From NCBI GenBank assembly GCA_050329935.1, contig JBHJOI010000079.1:5277-69276 (forward strand): a DNA stretch of 64,000 nucleotides, in the 5' to 3' direction. Every line of letters begins with the position of its first letter. The stretch's first letter is position 1. A program made the position numbers and the translations under genes. The notes under the pieces were generated by a model. The model ran no database searches. It saw only the letters and a program-made list of their open reading frames with translations, and had not been told where the DNA came from. Below are positions 37,483 through 46,684 of this stretch, piece after piece. Source of the DNA: Thiotrichales bacterium. GTDB taxonomy: Bacteria; Pseudomonadota; Gammaproteobacteria; UWMA-0217.

Positions 37483-38830
37483 CGCCCTCTCGTTCAGCAA
37501 CCGTCACCTGGAACGGGGTGAGTATAGGCTAGCCCGTTGGGTCGGCGTTTGCCTAATTGCCCTGTGCGCTGCGGCCGCCCCGCCTCGCGCGGCTGCGGAG
37601 GTCCGCCCGTTCGAAGTCGCGAGCATCGATGGTGAGCGACTCGGCGTTACCGCATTCGCAGCGACCGGCGAACGCCTGCTGATCTGGTTGACCGAGGCCT
37701 ATCGCAGCGGTGAACGTCCGGATTTTCAACGCACGCTGTCGACCTTGCAAGGTCAGGGGGTCGAGGTCTGGGCGGTCGATCTGCTGGAGTCTTTGTTCCT
37801 CACCCGCACCCAGGATAATGTGCGCCAGCTTAGCGGCGAACATGTCGCCGCGCTGCTGCGGCACGCGCTTTCCAGCTCGTCACGGCAGGTCGCGTTGGTT
37901 GCGTCGGGGCAGATGGCGATTCCGGCGTTGAAAGGCTTGCATGCATGGCAGTCATCCGATCCGCCCAACCCAAGGATCGACGGAGCGATCCTGTTCTTCC
38001 CGAGCCTCCACGCCTACACGCCGGTGGCGGGTGAAGACAGCGAACTGGAACCCATCGTCGCCGCGACCAACTACCCGGTGTTTCTGTTCCAGCCGGCGGA
38101 GGGACAAATGCTGGCACATCTGCCGGGCGTGCTGAAGGCGTTGCGCCAGGGCGGCAGTCCGGCTTATGCCTGGATCCAACCCGGCGTACGGGATTGGTAT
38201 TTCATGCATCACGCCGACGAACCGAGCACCGAGAGCGAACTGCGCTGGATCAAACGCCTGCCGGAGCACCTCGCGGAGGCACAACGACTGCTGCGTGCCG
38301 CGCCGAAACCGACAACAGCGCGGCCGCTAGGCGAACGCGTCAGCGCGACCACCTCCGACACTACCCGCGGCCTGGTGGAATGGCGTGCACCCGTCCCGGC
38401 GCCGAACTACGATCTGCCGGATATGGCGGGACGACGTTGGCATCTCGAAGCGGAATCGAGCCAGGTGTTGCTCGTGAACTTCTGGGCGAGCTGGTGTCCA
38501 CCCTGCGTGGAGGAAATTCCGTCGATGAATCGACTCGCGCAACGCTACGATCCGAAACAGTTTCGTATCCTGTCTATCAATTTCCGCGAACCGGCCGAGG
38601 AGATTCGACGCTTCCAGGAACTGATCCATGTTGCGTTTCCGGTGTTGCTCGACAGCGACGGGGCGACATCGGCCGACTGGAAGGTCTTCGCGTTTCCATC
38701 GTCGTTCCTGCTTGATCGCGAGCGGCGGATTCGCTACTCAGTGAACAGCGCGATCGCCTGGGACGATGCTGAGGCCATCGCGGTCATCGACGGATTGCTG
38801 CGCGAGACACCCTCACCGGCGCCACCGTGA
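37457..38830 (+). CDS. Secreted two-domain protein: unknown ~300-aa N-terminal domain fused to a TlpA/ResA-like thioredoxin domain
   Basis: C-terminal VLLVNFWASWCPPCVEEIP (WCxxC) thiol:disulfide oxidoreductase fold. A signal-peptide-like WVGVCLIALCAAAAPPRAAA. The start is ambiguous: ATG at 37457 or CTG at 37508. Confidence 0.7.
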   Translation: MINVFWKLIALSFSNRHLERGEYRLARWVGVCLIALCAAAAPPRAAAEVRPFEVASIDGERLGVTAFAATGERLLIWLTEAYRSGERPDFQRTLSTLQGQGVEVWAVDLLESLFLTRTQDNVRQLSGEHVAALLRHALSSSSRQVALVASGQMAIPALKGLHAWQSSDPPNPRIDGAILFFPSLHAYTPVAGEDSELEPIVAATNYPVFLFQPAEGQMLAHLPGVLKALRQGGSPAYAWIQPGVRDWYFMHHADEPSTESELRWIKRLPEHLAEAQRLLRAAPKPTTARPLGERVSATTSDTTRGLVEWRAPVPAPNYDLPDMAGRRWHLEAESSQVLLVNFWASWCPPCVEEIPSMNRLAQRYDPKQFRILSINFREPAEEIRRFQELIHVAFPVLLDSDGATSADWKVFAFPSSFLLDRERRIRYSVNSAIAWDDAEAIAVIDGLLRETPSPAPP

Positions 38831-38867
38831 TCGTGATTCGCACTGCCGCGCGCGCCAGCGCGCTGGA

Positions 38868-39425
38868 TCACTCCCCGGGTAGCGGCTTCAGCAAGTAATC
38901 GCGGTAATAGCGCAGCTCGTCGATCGAGGCCCTGATGTCGTCGAGCGCCTGGTGTTTCGAATGCTTGGAGAAGCCCTTGGCGATCTCGGGCGCCCAACGA
39001 TTGGCAAGCTCCTTGAGCGTGCTGACATCGAGATTGCGGTAATGGAAGTAGGCCTCCAGCTGCGGCATGCCGCGCGCGAGAAAGCGTCGGTCCTGGCAGA
39101 TACTATTGCCGCAAATGGGCGAGACGCGCTCCGGCACCCAGGATTTCAGAAAAGCGAGGGTCTCGGCCTCGGCCCGCGCCTCGTCGATCGCGCTGGCTTG
39201 CACCCGCTCGATCAAGCCGGATTCACCGTGAGTCCGGCGATTCCATTCGTCCATGTCCGCGAGCAGAGCCTCGCTTTGCGAAATCGCGAGCACCGGGCCT
39301 TCGGCGAGGAGATTCAGATGTTTATCGGTGACGATGGTCGCGATCTCGATGATGCGGTCGCGCTCGGGATCCAGTCCGGTCATTTCAAGATCGATCCAGA
39401 TCAGGTTTTCGGCGTTGCATGGCAT
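38868..39425 (-). CDS. orn: Oligoribonuclease
   Basis: [28 protein letters not shown] (DEDDh exonuclease motif I) and [14 protein letters not shown] motif III. Confidence 0.95.
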   Translation of the reverse strand: MPCNAENLIWIDLEMTGLDPERDRIIEIATIVTDKHLNLLAEGPVLAISQSEALLADMDEWNRRTHGESGLIERVQASAIDEARAEAETLAFLKSWVPERVSPICGNSICQDRRFLARGMPQLEAYFHYRNLDVSTLKELANRWAPEIAKGFSKHSKHQALDDIRASIDELRYYRDYLLKPLPGE

Positions 39426-39703
39426 GGCAAGTGGGGTCCACGAAAACGAATCAGGGCCGCGAGTCTAGCACCGATTTCCCCAACTACCGCAGTTGACGAC
39501 GTTCGAGTGTACGGTCCCGGAATCGGCAACTCGGGCGCGACGGTAGCGCTATTGGTAACCAATGCCGGCTGACGACGCACGCTGTTCCAGACCGCAAGGG
39601 CATGGCTTAATTGCGGCGTCGCGATGGGTGCTTTGATACGGCGGGGTCTGTGACGCGTTATCATCTGAAAAGCTCTTTCCGTGTCGCGTAGCCAAATCGA
39701 ATC

Positions 39704-40957
39704 ATGAGTGCGAGTCTGATCACCAATCTGTTTTTGTCGGCGCTGGGTCTTTCGGTGCTGATCCGGCTCTGGTTGAACCAGCGCCAAATGATCGCCGTCG
39801 CGAGTCACCGCGCGGCGGTACCTGAACCCTTCGCGTCGCAGATCAGCCTGGAGGCACATCAGAAAGCGGCCGATTATACGCTTGCGAAAGCTCGGCTGCG
39901 GCGCTGGGCCACAGTGTTCAATGCCGCCGTGCTACTGGGTTGGACATTGGGCGGCGGGCTGCAATGGGCGCATGATCTAGCGGCCATCGCGCTCACCCAC
40001 CCAATCGCGCTCGGGGTCGGCACGGTATTTCTGGTGGGACTGATCGCCTGGGTGCTCGACTTGCCGTTCACCCTGTACCACACCTTCGGGATCGAGAGCC
40101 GCTTCGGCTTCAATCGAACGACCTGGCCGATCCTGCTTCAGGACATGGCGAAAGGCGCGCTGCTCGCTTGCGTGTTCGGAATTCCGATTGTCGCCGGGGT
40201 GCTGTGGTTGATGCACGCGGCCGGCGCCACTTGGTGGCTCTACGCATGGGCGCTGTGGTTTGGCTTTAGTCTGTTGATGACGTGGTTGTTTCCAACCGTC
40301 ATCGCACCTCTGTTCAATAGATTCTCACCATTACAGGACGCAACGCTCAGCCAATCGATCGAGACCTTGCTCGATCGGAGCGGATTCGCGAGCAAGGGCG
40401 TGTTCGTCATGGACGGGTCGCGCCGATCGAACCACGGCAATGCCTATTTCACCGGGTTCGGCAAACATAAGCGCATTGTGTTCTTCGACACCCTGCTCGG
40501 CACACTGAGCCAACCACAAATACTCGCCGTGCTCGCCCATGAACTAGGTCATTTCAAACACCGGCATGTGCTCAAGGGCCTCGCCGTGAGCGCGCTCACG
40601 GGCTTGCTGTTTTTCGCCCTGCTAGCCTGGCTGATGCCGCAACCGGCGTTTTATCAGGGCCTTGGCGTCTCCACGCCGAGCGTGGATCTGGCGCTGTTGC
40701 TCTTCGTATTCGTCGCCCCGCTGTTCACGTATTTTGCCCAACCCCTGTTCTCCCAGTGGTCGCGCCGGCACGAGTTCGAAGCGGATCGATATGCAGCCGA
40801 GCAGAGTGATCCGCGTGATCTTGCCCAAGCCTTGGTAAGGCTTTACCGCGACAATGCATCGACCTTGACCCCGGACCGCCTGCACTCGGCGTTCTACGAC
40901 TCACATCCCCCCGCGCTCGATCGAATCCGCAACCTTCAGGTCGCAGCGCTTGGCTAA
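39704..40957 (+). CDS. M48 family metallopeptidase (Ste24/HtpX-like, multi-TM)
   Basis: 417 aa. TM-rich N-terminal region, VLAHELGHFKHRH (HExxH) and a downstream EFEADRYA. Confidence 0.85.
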   Translation: MSASLITNLFLSALGLSVLIRLWLNQRQMIAVASHRAAVPEPFASQISLEAHQKAADYTLAKARLRRWATVFNAAVLLGWTLGGGLQWAHDLAAIALTHPIALGVGTVFLVGLIAWVLDLPFTLYHTFGIESRFGFNRTTWPILLQDMAKGALLACVFGIPIVAGVLWLMHAAGATWWLYAWALWFGFSLLMTWLFPTVIAPLFNRFSPLQDATLSQSIETLLDRSGFASKGVFVMDGSRRSNHGNAYFTGFGKHKRIVFFDTLLGTLSQPQILAVLAHELGHFKHRHVLKGLAVSALTGLLFFALLAWLMPQPAFYQGLGVSTPSVDLALLLFVFVAPLFTYFAQPLFSQWSRRHEFEADRYAAEQSDPRDLAQALVRLYRDNASTLTPDRLHSAFYDSHPPALDRIRNLQVAALG

Positions 40958-40984
40958 TCATCAAATCTTCGAGGACTCACTGAG

Positions 40985-41296
40985 ATGAAACCCGTTATCC
41001 GAACCCTTGCAACCGTGCTTATGCTAGGCGCCATCCCGGGCGCGCACGCGGCCGCGGATGCGCAAAAGGGAGAAACCCTGCACAACGGCAATTGCGTCAA
41101 TTGCCACGTGCGTATGACCGGCGGCGATGGCTCGGTGTTATACACGCGCTCCGATCGCAAGGTGAACTCACTCGCGGCCCTGGAGGCGCAAGTCCGGCGT
41201 TGTGACGCGAACCTGCAAACCAAGTGGTTCGACGAAGATATTCTGAGCGTCACCACGTATCTCAATCAGGCGTATTACAAGTTTCCCCCGCAGTGA
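40985..41296 (+). CDS. Small periplasmic c-type cytochrome
   Basis: Signal peptide and a single CVNCH haem-binding site. 103 aa. Confidence 0.7.
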   Translation: MKPVIRTLATVLMLGAIPGAHAAADAQKGETLHNGNCVNCHVRMTGGDGSVLYTRSDRKVNSLAALEAQVRRCDANLQTKWFDEDILSVTTYLNQAYYKFPPQ

Positions 41297-41319
41297 ACGA
41301 CCGTCGCCCGACCAAACCC

Positions 41320-42228
41320 ATGGTCGGACCACGGACTCAAGGCGATGGTTTGGTTGTCGCGCGATACGGTTCCGAAGTCCAGGTCGAAACCGCGGACGGC
41401 GCGGTGTTCCGCGCGATGTTGCGCCGCAAGTTCGATCATGTCGTTTGTGGCGACCGTATCGTATGGGGGGCTGAACCAAACAACGATCGCACGGTCATCG
41501 CGGTTAAACCGCGCCGCAACGCGCTCGAGCGAACCTATTTTCGCGGTGCCCGCCGAACGCTTGCGGCCAATATCGACCAGATCATTATCTGTATCGCGCC
41601 ACGTCCAGCGCCCGATTGGTCACTGGTCGACGGGCTGCTGCTGACGGCACGCCAAATCGATGCCGAGGTACTGATCCTGTTGAACAAGTACGATCTACCG
41701 TTACCATCGGAACAAGCGGCTGCGTTGGACGCGTTTAGAACAATGGGCTATTCGGTACAGACCGCATCGAAACACCTGCCCTCGACACTAGACTGCTTGC
41801 GCAACGAACTCCGGGCAAAGGTGAACGTGCTCGTGGGCCAATCCGGCACCGGCAAATCAACCTTGACCAACTTGTTGTTGCCAGAAGCCGAGGCCCGTAC
41901 AGCCGAAGTCTCCGACCTCACGGGATTCGGGCAGCACACCACCAGCATGTCACGGCTCTATCGGCTCGCAGCCGGCGGCGCGTTGATCGACTCACCGGGC
42001 GTCAGGGACTTCACACCCGCGTTGCCCGCTCCAGTCGATGTCCAGCGCGGGTACATCGAGTTTGCGCGCCTTGCAGCCGATTGCCGCTTCAATAACTGCC
42101 TGCATCGCGGTGAGCCGCTGTGTGCGGTGCGCGCGGCGGTGGAATCAGGCGCGCTCAGTCGCCGTCGCTATGAAAGTTACCTGAGCACGCTCGCGGCGGC
42201 CGAGTCCGAACCCAGGGCGCGTGGTTGA
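41320..42228 (+). CDS. rsgA: Ribosome small-subunit-dependent GTPase A
   Basis: OB-fold N-terminal region, circularly permuted GTPase (LLNKYDL .. GQSGTGKSTL) and a zinc knuckle CRFNNCLHRGEPLCAV. An alternative GTG start at 41293 overlaps the upstream stop. Confidence 0.9.
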   Translation: MVGPRTQGDGLVVARYGSEVQVETADGAVFRAMLRRKFDHVVCGDRIVWGAEPNNDRTVIAVKPRRNALERTYFRGARRTLAANIDQIIICIAPRPAPDWSLVDGLLLTARQIDAEVLILLNKYDLPLPSEQAAALDAFRTMGYSVQTASKHLPSTLDCLRNELRAKVNVLVGQSGTGKSTLTNLLLPEAEARTAEVSDLTGFGQHTTSMSRLYRLAAGGALIDSPGVRDFTPALPAPVDVQRGYIEFARLAADCRFNNCLHRGEPLCAVRAAVESGALSRRRYESYLSTLAAAESEPRARG

Positions 42229-42251
42229 CCGCGCTCGAACACGCGACAAGC

Positions 42252-42602
42252 CTACCCTGGCGGCCAAGTCATGCGTCGGCCACCGAGAACATGCATGTGA
42301 ATATGCATGACCTCCTGCCCAGCATCGCGACCATTGTTCAAAATGGCCCGGTAGCCGGACGCGGCGATACCGACTTTCTCGGCGGCGATCCGCGCGACCT
42401 GAAACAAGCGGCCAACGATCACGGTATCGGACTCCGTCAAATCCTCCAGCGTGGCGATATGTTTGCGCGGAATCGCCAACAGGTGCTGGGGTGCCTGCGG
42501 GCGGAGATCGCGGAACACGAGCGCGAGTTCGTCCTCGTGAATGATCTCGGCGGGGATATCGCCTTGTGCAATCCGGCAAAAAATACACTCGGTCATCGTC
42601 AT
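42252..42602 (-). CDS. HIT family (histidine triad) nucleotide-binding protein
   Basis: CIFCRI.. N-terminus and an HIHMHVL histidine triad. Confidence 0.9.
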   Translation of the reverse strand: MTMTECIFCRIAQGDIPAEIIHEDELALVFRDLRPQAPQHLLAIPRKHIATLEDLTESDTVIVGRLFQVARIAAEKVGIAASGYRAILNNGRDAGQEVMHIHMHVLGGRRMTWPPG

Positions 42603-42647
42603 TAAACCTTGTTGATTGGGCGCCAGACGGCGCTCCGATATCGGTTA

Positions 42648-43253
42648 TCAGTAAGTCTTGCGCCCGGCAAACGCCTGCGTCAACGTCTGACTGTCGACAT
42701 ACTCGAGTTCGCCGCCGACGGGAACACCCTGTGCAATCCGTGAAGTTTTGATGCCATGTCGGTGCGCCATTTCACTGAGATAGTGCGCCGTGACCTCCCC
42801 TTCGACCGTCGGGTTGGTCGCCAGGATGACCTCCTGAATCCCACCTGCCGCGAACCGCTGCTCCAAGCGATCCAGGCCAAGCTCGGCAGGACCGATGCCA
42901 TCAAGCGGTGACAAGCGACCATGCAAAATGAAGTATCGGCCACGAAAGGCAGCGGTCGATTCGATCGCCAGCACATCCGACGCGTTTTCGACGACGCATA
43001 ACTGATCGTCGCTACGCGCGGGATTCCGACAGGTCTCGCACACCTCATCCTCCGTGAGCGTCTGACACCGCGAGCAACGCCGTAGATTATCGAGCGCCTC
43101 GCGAAGCACCTGCGCAAGGCGCGCCGCGCCCGCGCGATCACGTTGCAGCAGGTAAAACGCCATGCGTTGGGCACTCTTCGGACCAACACCCGGCAAACAG
43201 CGGAGTGAGTCGATCAGGCGCTGCAGCAATGGCACTCGCGTCGCGACCGACAT
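42648..43253 (-). CDS. recR: Recombination protein RecR
   Basis: [14 protein letters not shown] HhH, a C4 zinc finger CSRC..CETC and a Toprim domain. ybaB-recR synteny. Confidence 0.95.
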   Translation of the reverse strand: MSVATRVPLLQRLIDSLRCLPGVGPKSAQRMAFYLLQRDRAGAARLAQVLREALDNLRRCSRCQTLTEDEVCETCRNPARSDDQLCVVENASDVLAIESTAAFRGRYFILHGRLSPLDGIGPAELGLDRLEQRFAAGGIQEVILATNPTVEGEVTAHYLSEMAHRHGIKTSRIAQGVPVGGELEYVDSQTLTQAFAGRKTY

Positions 43254-43299
43254 TTCAGGCCTGACCTAACAAAGCCCAACGGCCGTTCATGCCAAGATC

Positions 43300-43617
43300 C
43301 TAGAACGGAAGGTTCAATCCCGGCGGCAGCATCGCCGTGATATTCGACATTTTTTCCTTGCTCGCCGCGTCGACTCGTTGCACGGCGTCGTTGCACGCCG
43401 CGGCAACCAGATCCTCAAGCATGTCCTTGTCGTCCTGCATCAGGCTCGCGTCGATCGCCACCCGCTTCACCTCGTGGCGTCCATTCATCGTCACGCTGAC
43501 CATCCCTCCGCCGGACTGACCGGTGACTTCCATCAAGGCCAGCTCTTCCTGCGCCTTGAGCATGGTCTCCTGCATCTTCTGCGCCTGCTTCATGATGTTG
43601 CCGATTCCGCCTTTCAT
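43300..43617 (-). CDS. ybaB: YbaB/EbfC family nucleoid-associated protein
   Basis: 105 aa, [20 protein letters not shown]... Conserved dnaX-ybaB-recR order. Confidence 0.95.
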   Translation of the reverse strand: MKGGIGNIMKQAQKMQETMLKAQEELALMEVTGQSGGGMVSVTMNGRHEVKRVAIDASLMQDDKDMLEDLVAAACNDAVQRVDAASKEKMSNITAMLPPGLNLPF

Positions 43618-43640
43618 AGGATCATTCCTCGCTGCTTGAA

Positions 43641-45299
43641 TTAATGTTCGAGTGGCTTGATCGAGCCCGGCACCACCACCGCGCCGAACTGCTCCTTGAA
43701 GGTCGCGACCACCGGATCGCGCGCGATCGCGTCTTCCGCCTGGAGTTGGCGCTCAGCGGCTTGCCGACGCGCCTTTTCCGCGGGCGACTCAGGCATATCA
43801 TCCGAGAAATCAATGCGCACTCGGGTCGCCTCGCCGTAGTAGCCGCCGAGTACCTGGGACAACTTTTGTACCGCGGCCTCGCTGTGGAGTTGCTCGTGCC
43901 GACGCGACAACTGTAGCTGCACCATACCTGGTTCGCGCGCGCGCAATATGCAATGACTCGCGAGTAGCCTCACCATTGGATTCATCTCGCAACGTTCCAG
44001 CACGGACTCCCATTCCTCGCCCTGCGAGGGCGCCGGCGGCGGCGTTCGCCGATCAACTTCGCGCACCATCAAATCAGTCTCCGCGTCCGATGTGGGTACA
44101 GCATTCCGCACAGACGTGGGAGTGGTCGGTGGCTCGAATCTCGGTGGTTGCGCCGCATTCTTGGCGGTATCGCCTTGCGCGTTGACGTTATGCCGTGGGT
44201 CGGATTGCACCGGTTTCGCGCGTTTGAATAACAGCATCCGCAGCAGCGCCATTTCCAGCGCTTGCCGTGGATCGGGCACCAAATCGAGCTCGCGTCTGGC
44301 TTTAATCGCAATCTCATAGAACAGTTGCAGGTCTTCCGCGCCGAGCTGAGCCGCGAGCGCGGCCGTTTGTTGCGTGTCACCGCCGCGCGACGCCAACGCG
44401 CCCGGAATCTGCTGCGCCATCGCGAGATCGTGTACCAGCGTGATCAGGTCGGCGAGCACCGTATCGTAATCCGGCGCCTGCGCCGCGAGTTCCGCCACGC
44501 GCTGCATCAACGCCTCGACATCGTGTTGTGCGATAAAGACAAGCAAACTATGCAAGTGATCCTGCGAGATATGCCCGAGCATCGCTTCAACCGCATCGAG
44601 TTCGACCGCGCCGCCCCCGAACGCAATCGATTGATCGAGCAGACTCAGCGCATCGCGCAGACTGCCTTCGGCCGCTCGCGCCAGCCTTTGTATCGCACGT
44701 GGATCATGTGCAACGCCCTCATCGCGTAGCACGTGATCGAGGTGATCGCTGATCTGTTCCTCCGGCACTCGCTTCAGGTTGAACTGAAGACAACGCGACA
44801 GGACGGTTATCGGAAGCTTCTGGGGATCCGTGGTCGCGAGCAGGAATTTAACGTGGGGCGGGGGCTCCTCCAACGTTTTCAGCAACGCATTGAAGCTATG
44901 CGCCGACAGCATGTGAACTTCGTCGATCAGATAAACCTTGTATCGCGCGTGAGTCGGGGCATACTGAACGTTGTCGAGCAACTCCCGCGTGTCATCGACC
45001 TTGGTTCTCGACGCCGCATCCACCTCTATCAAATCGACAAATCGCCCTTCCCCGATATCCCGGCAGGCGGAACAGACACCACAAGGTCGCGAAGACACGC
45101 CTGTCTCGCAGTTCAGACAACGCGCGAGTATGCGCGCGAGTGTCGTTTTACCTACCCCACGGGTACCCGTGAACAGATAGGCATGATGCAGGCGCTGTTG
45201 GTCGAGCGCATTGATCAATGCGCGCAACACATGCTCCTGCCCCACAACCTCCTGAAAATGGCTTGGCCGCCATTTCCGGGCAAGCACCTGGTAACTCAC
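43641..45299 (-). CDS. dnaX: DNA polymerase III subunit gamma/tau
   Basis: (M)[11 protein letters not shown].., GTRGVGKTT Walker A, a Zn module CGVCSAC and SRC. The GTG at 45299 gives the canonical N-terminus. Confidence 0.95.
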   Translation of the reverse strand: MSYQVLARKWRPSHFQEVVGQEHVLRALINALDQQRLHHAYLFTGTRGVGKTTLARILARCLNCETGVSSRPCGVCSACRDIGEGRFVDLIEVDAASRTKVDDTRELLDNVQYAPTHARYKVYLIDEVHMLSAHSFNALLKTLEEPPPHVKFLLATTDPQKLPITVLSRCLQFNLKRVPEEQISDHLDHVLRDEGVAHDPRAIQRLARAAEGSLRDALSLLDQSIAFGGGAVELDAVEAMLGHISQDHLHSLLVFIAQHDVEALMQRVAELAAQAPDYDTVLADLITLVHDLAMAQQIPGALASRGGDTQQTAALAAQLGAEDLQLFYEIAIKARRELDLVPDPRQALEMALLRMLLFKRAKPVQSDPRHNVNAQGDTAKNAAQPPRFEPPTTPTSVRNAVPTSDAETDLMVREVDRRTPPPAPSQGEEWESVLERCEMNPMVRLLASHCILRAREPGMVQLQLSRRHEQLHSEAAVQKLSQVLGGYYGEATRVRIDFSDDMPESPAEKARRQAAERQLQAEDAIARDPVVATFKEQFGAVVVPGSIKPLEH

Positions 45300-45472
45300 T
45301 GACACCCCTAGCAATCGTCGAACGCGGATCGTGGCCCGGACACGTCACGCCCGCGCGCGGAGGTACTCGGCGCACGCGCATAGGCGCTCAACGCCATGCG
45401 GTCGACTCTTGGGGATGCAGGTATCATGATGCGAACGTCTTGCGGGGTTGATGTAGGCGCGTTAGCAAAAGA

Positions 45473-45574
45473 CCTGCACCAGCCACACTCCGGCGCCCGA
45501 ATCCGCTGTTACCGTTGCTTCCTTCCGGACCTGGCGGGGTTCACAGCGTATCGTCGCGAAGGGACCGATGCAGG
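45473..45574 (-). ncRNA. ffs: Signal recognition particle RNA (4.5S RNA)
   Basis: The minus strand contains the domain IV core CCAGGUCCGGAAGGAAGCAAC. The 5' CCUGCAUCGG pairs with the 3' CUGGUGCAGG over 10 bp. A U-run (UCUUUUGC) follows, and TATACT sits about 8 nt upstream (45583-45588). Classical position next to dnaX. Confidence 0.85.
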
Positions 45575-45688
45575 CGAGCGACAGTATACCACTACGCGTC
45601 GAATGCGAAAGGCACGATCAACCGCACACGTTCGGCGCTTCGGATTGGCCGCCACCTCGCCAACCCGATCCAGGCCCGGCGGAAACGG

Positions 45689-46171
45689 TCAGCTGGCGAT
45701 GAAACTCAACTTGCCCTTGCCATACTTCGGAATAAGCGCATCGAAATGGCGAATCGCTTGCGCATTGTCTAGCAGATAGCGCATGCCGTTGGGCGAATCC
45801 GACAGGCTCGGATAGACCTTGTCGAATCGCAGATGCGGCGTCTCGTCACTCATTAGAAAGCGCGAACAGATATTCATCAACTCATGCAAGTTGTCCCGCA
45901 TCATTGTCGTCAACGCCTTATCACGCACGGCTTCCTGTGCTACGTCGACCGGAATCATGGACAATGCGGCCGCCGAATACGCCGCGAATTGAAGATCGCA
46001 TTGCGCCGCCGCGACAATCCTGCCGTTTTCGTCGATATAGGATGCGTAAATCGCACTGGCCGGGTTGTCAATTGACTTTTCGCTTCGATCAACCCTAAGC
46101 CCATCTCCGTATAGCATACCGAGCATCGCGGATATTTCCGCTTCGGTCGGAACCAGATAATTGTAGGACAT
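45689..46171 (-). CDS. CheX-like (CheC/CheX/FliY-family) candidate CheY-P phosphatase
   Basis: 160 aa. Contains D-NLH-E-LM-N (the D/S-x3-E-x2-N active-site pattern), then Pro 21 residues after the Asn. Size fits CheX, and it lies directly downstream of a cheY. Confidence 0.5.
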   Translation of the reverse strand: MSYNYLVPTEAEISAMLGMLYGDGLRVDRSEKSIDNPASAIYASYIDENGRIVAAAQCDLQFAAYSAAALSMIPVDVAQEAVRDKALTTMMRDNLHELMNICSRFLMSDETPHLRFDKVYPSLSDSPNGMRYLLDNAQAIRHFDALIPKYGKGKLSFIAS

Positions 46172-46236
46172 ATTTTCCCCTTTAGTTATTTTTGTTATCG
46201 ATTGGACCGACGCCGATTGCGTCGGCGCTCATGCCC

Positions 46237-46608
46237 CTAGTGTATGAAGGGCATGAGGGCATCCGAAAACGATTGCGCCGTGAAAGGCTTGGCGATAATA
46301 AAACGCGCACCCGCTTCTTTGGCGATCTGCCGCATCTCTGATGTCGCCTCCGTGGTTACGAAGCCGAACGGTGTGGCGCTACCCGATTCCTTGAGCTTTC
46401 TCAGAAAATCGATCCCTGTCATCACCGGCATGTTCCAGTCCGATAGAATCAACGCTGGCTTTACCTCCCCCACTTTCTTCAACCCTTCCTCTCCGTTGCT
46501 AGCTTCCGCGATCTTCAATCCTGAAAAGCCGGCTTCCTTTATCGTCTTTTTTACGATCATACGCATGATCGGGCTATCATCCACAATGAGTATCTGCATT
46601 TGCTCCAT
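46237..46608 (-). CDS. cheY: CheY-like single-domain response regulator
   Basis: 123 aa. LIVDDS acidic pocket, the phospho-acceptor context LILSDWNMP, T in FVTTEA and K in AKPF. Confidence 0.9.
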   Translation of the reverse strand: MEQMQILIVDDSPIMRMIVKKTIKEAGFSGLKIAEASNGEEGLKKVGEVKPALILSDWNMPVMTGIDFLRKLKESGSATPFGFVTTEATSEMRQIAKEAGARFIIAKPFTAQSFSDALMPFIH

Positions 46609-46684
46609 CTCCTGATCTGTCTTTCGAATTCTCCCTGCATCGTCCAGGCATTTCCTGGTCGCCAGTCTCTATTTCACCGAAACC

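Noticed and set aside
39426-39703. tRNA gene(s) next to orn, as in enterobacteria.
   Set aside because: I found no T-arm GGTTCGAATCC-like box and could not fold a cloverleaf by eye in this 278-nt spacer.
43641-45299. Programmed -1 frameshift site in dnaX (A AAA AAG).
   Set aside because: I noticed no AAAAAAG heptamer (CTTTTTT on the + strand) within the gene by eye. A motif scan would be needed to be certain.
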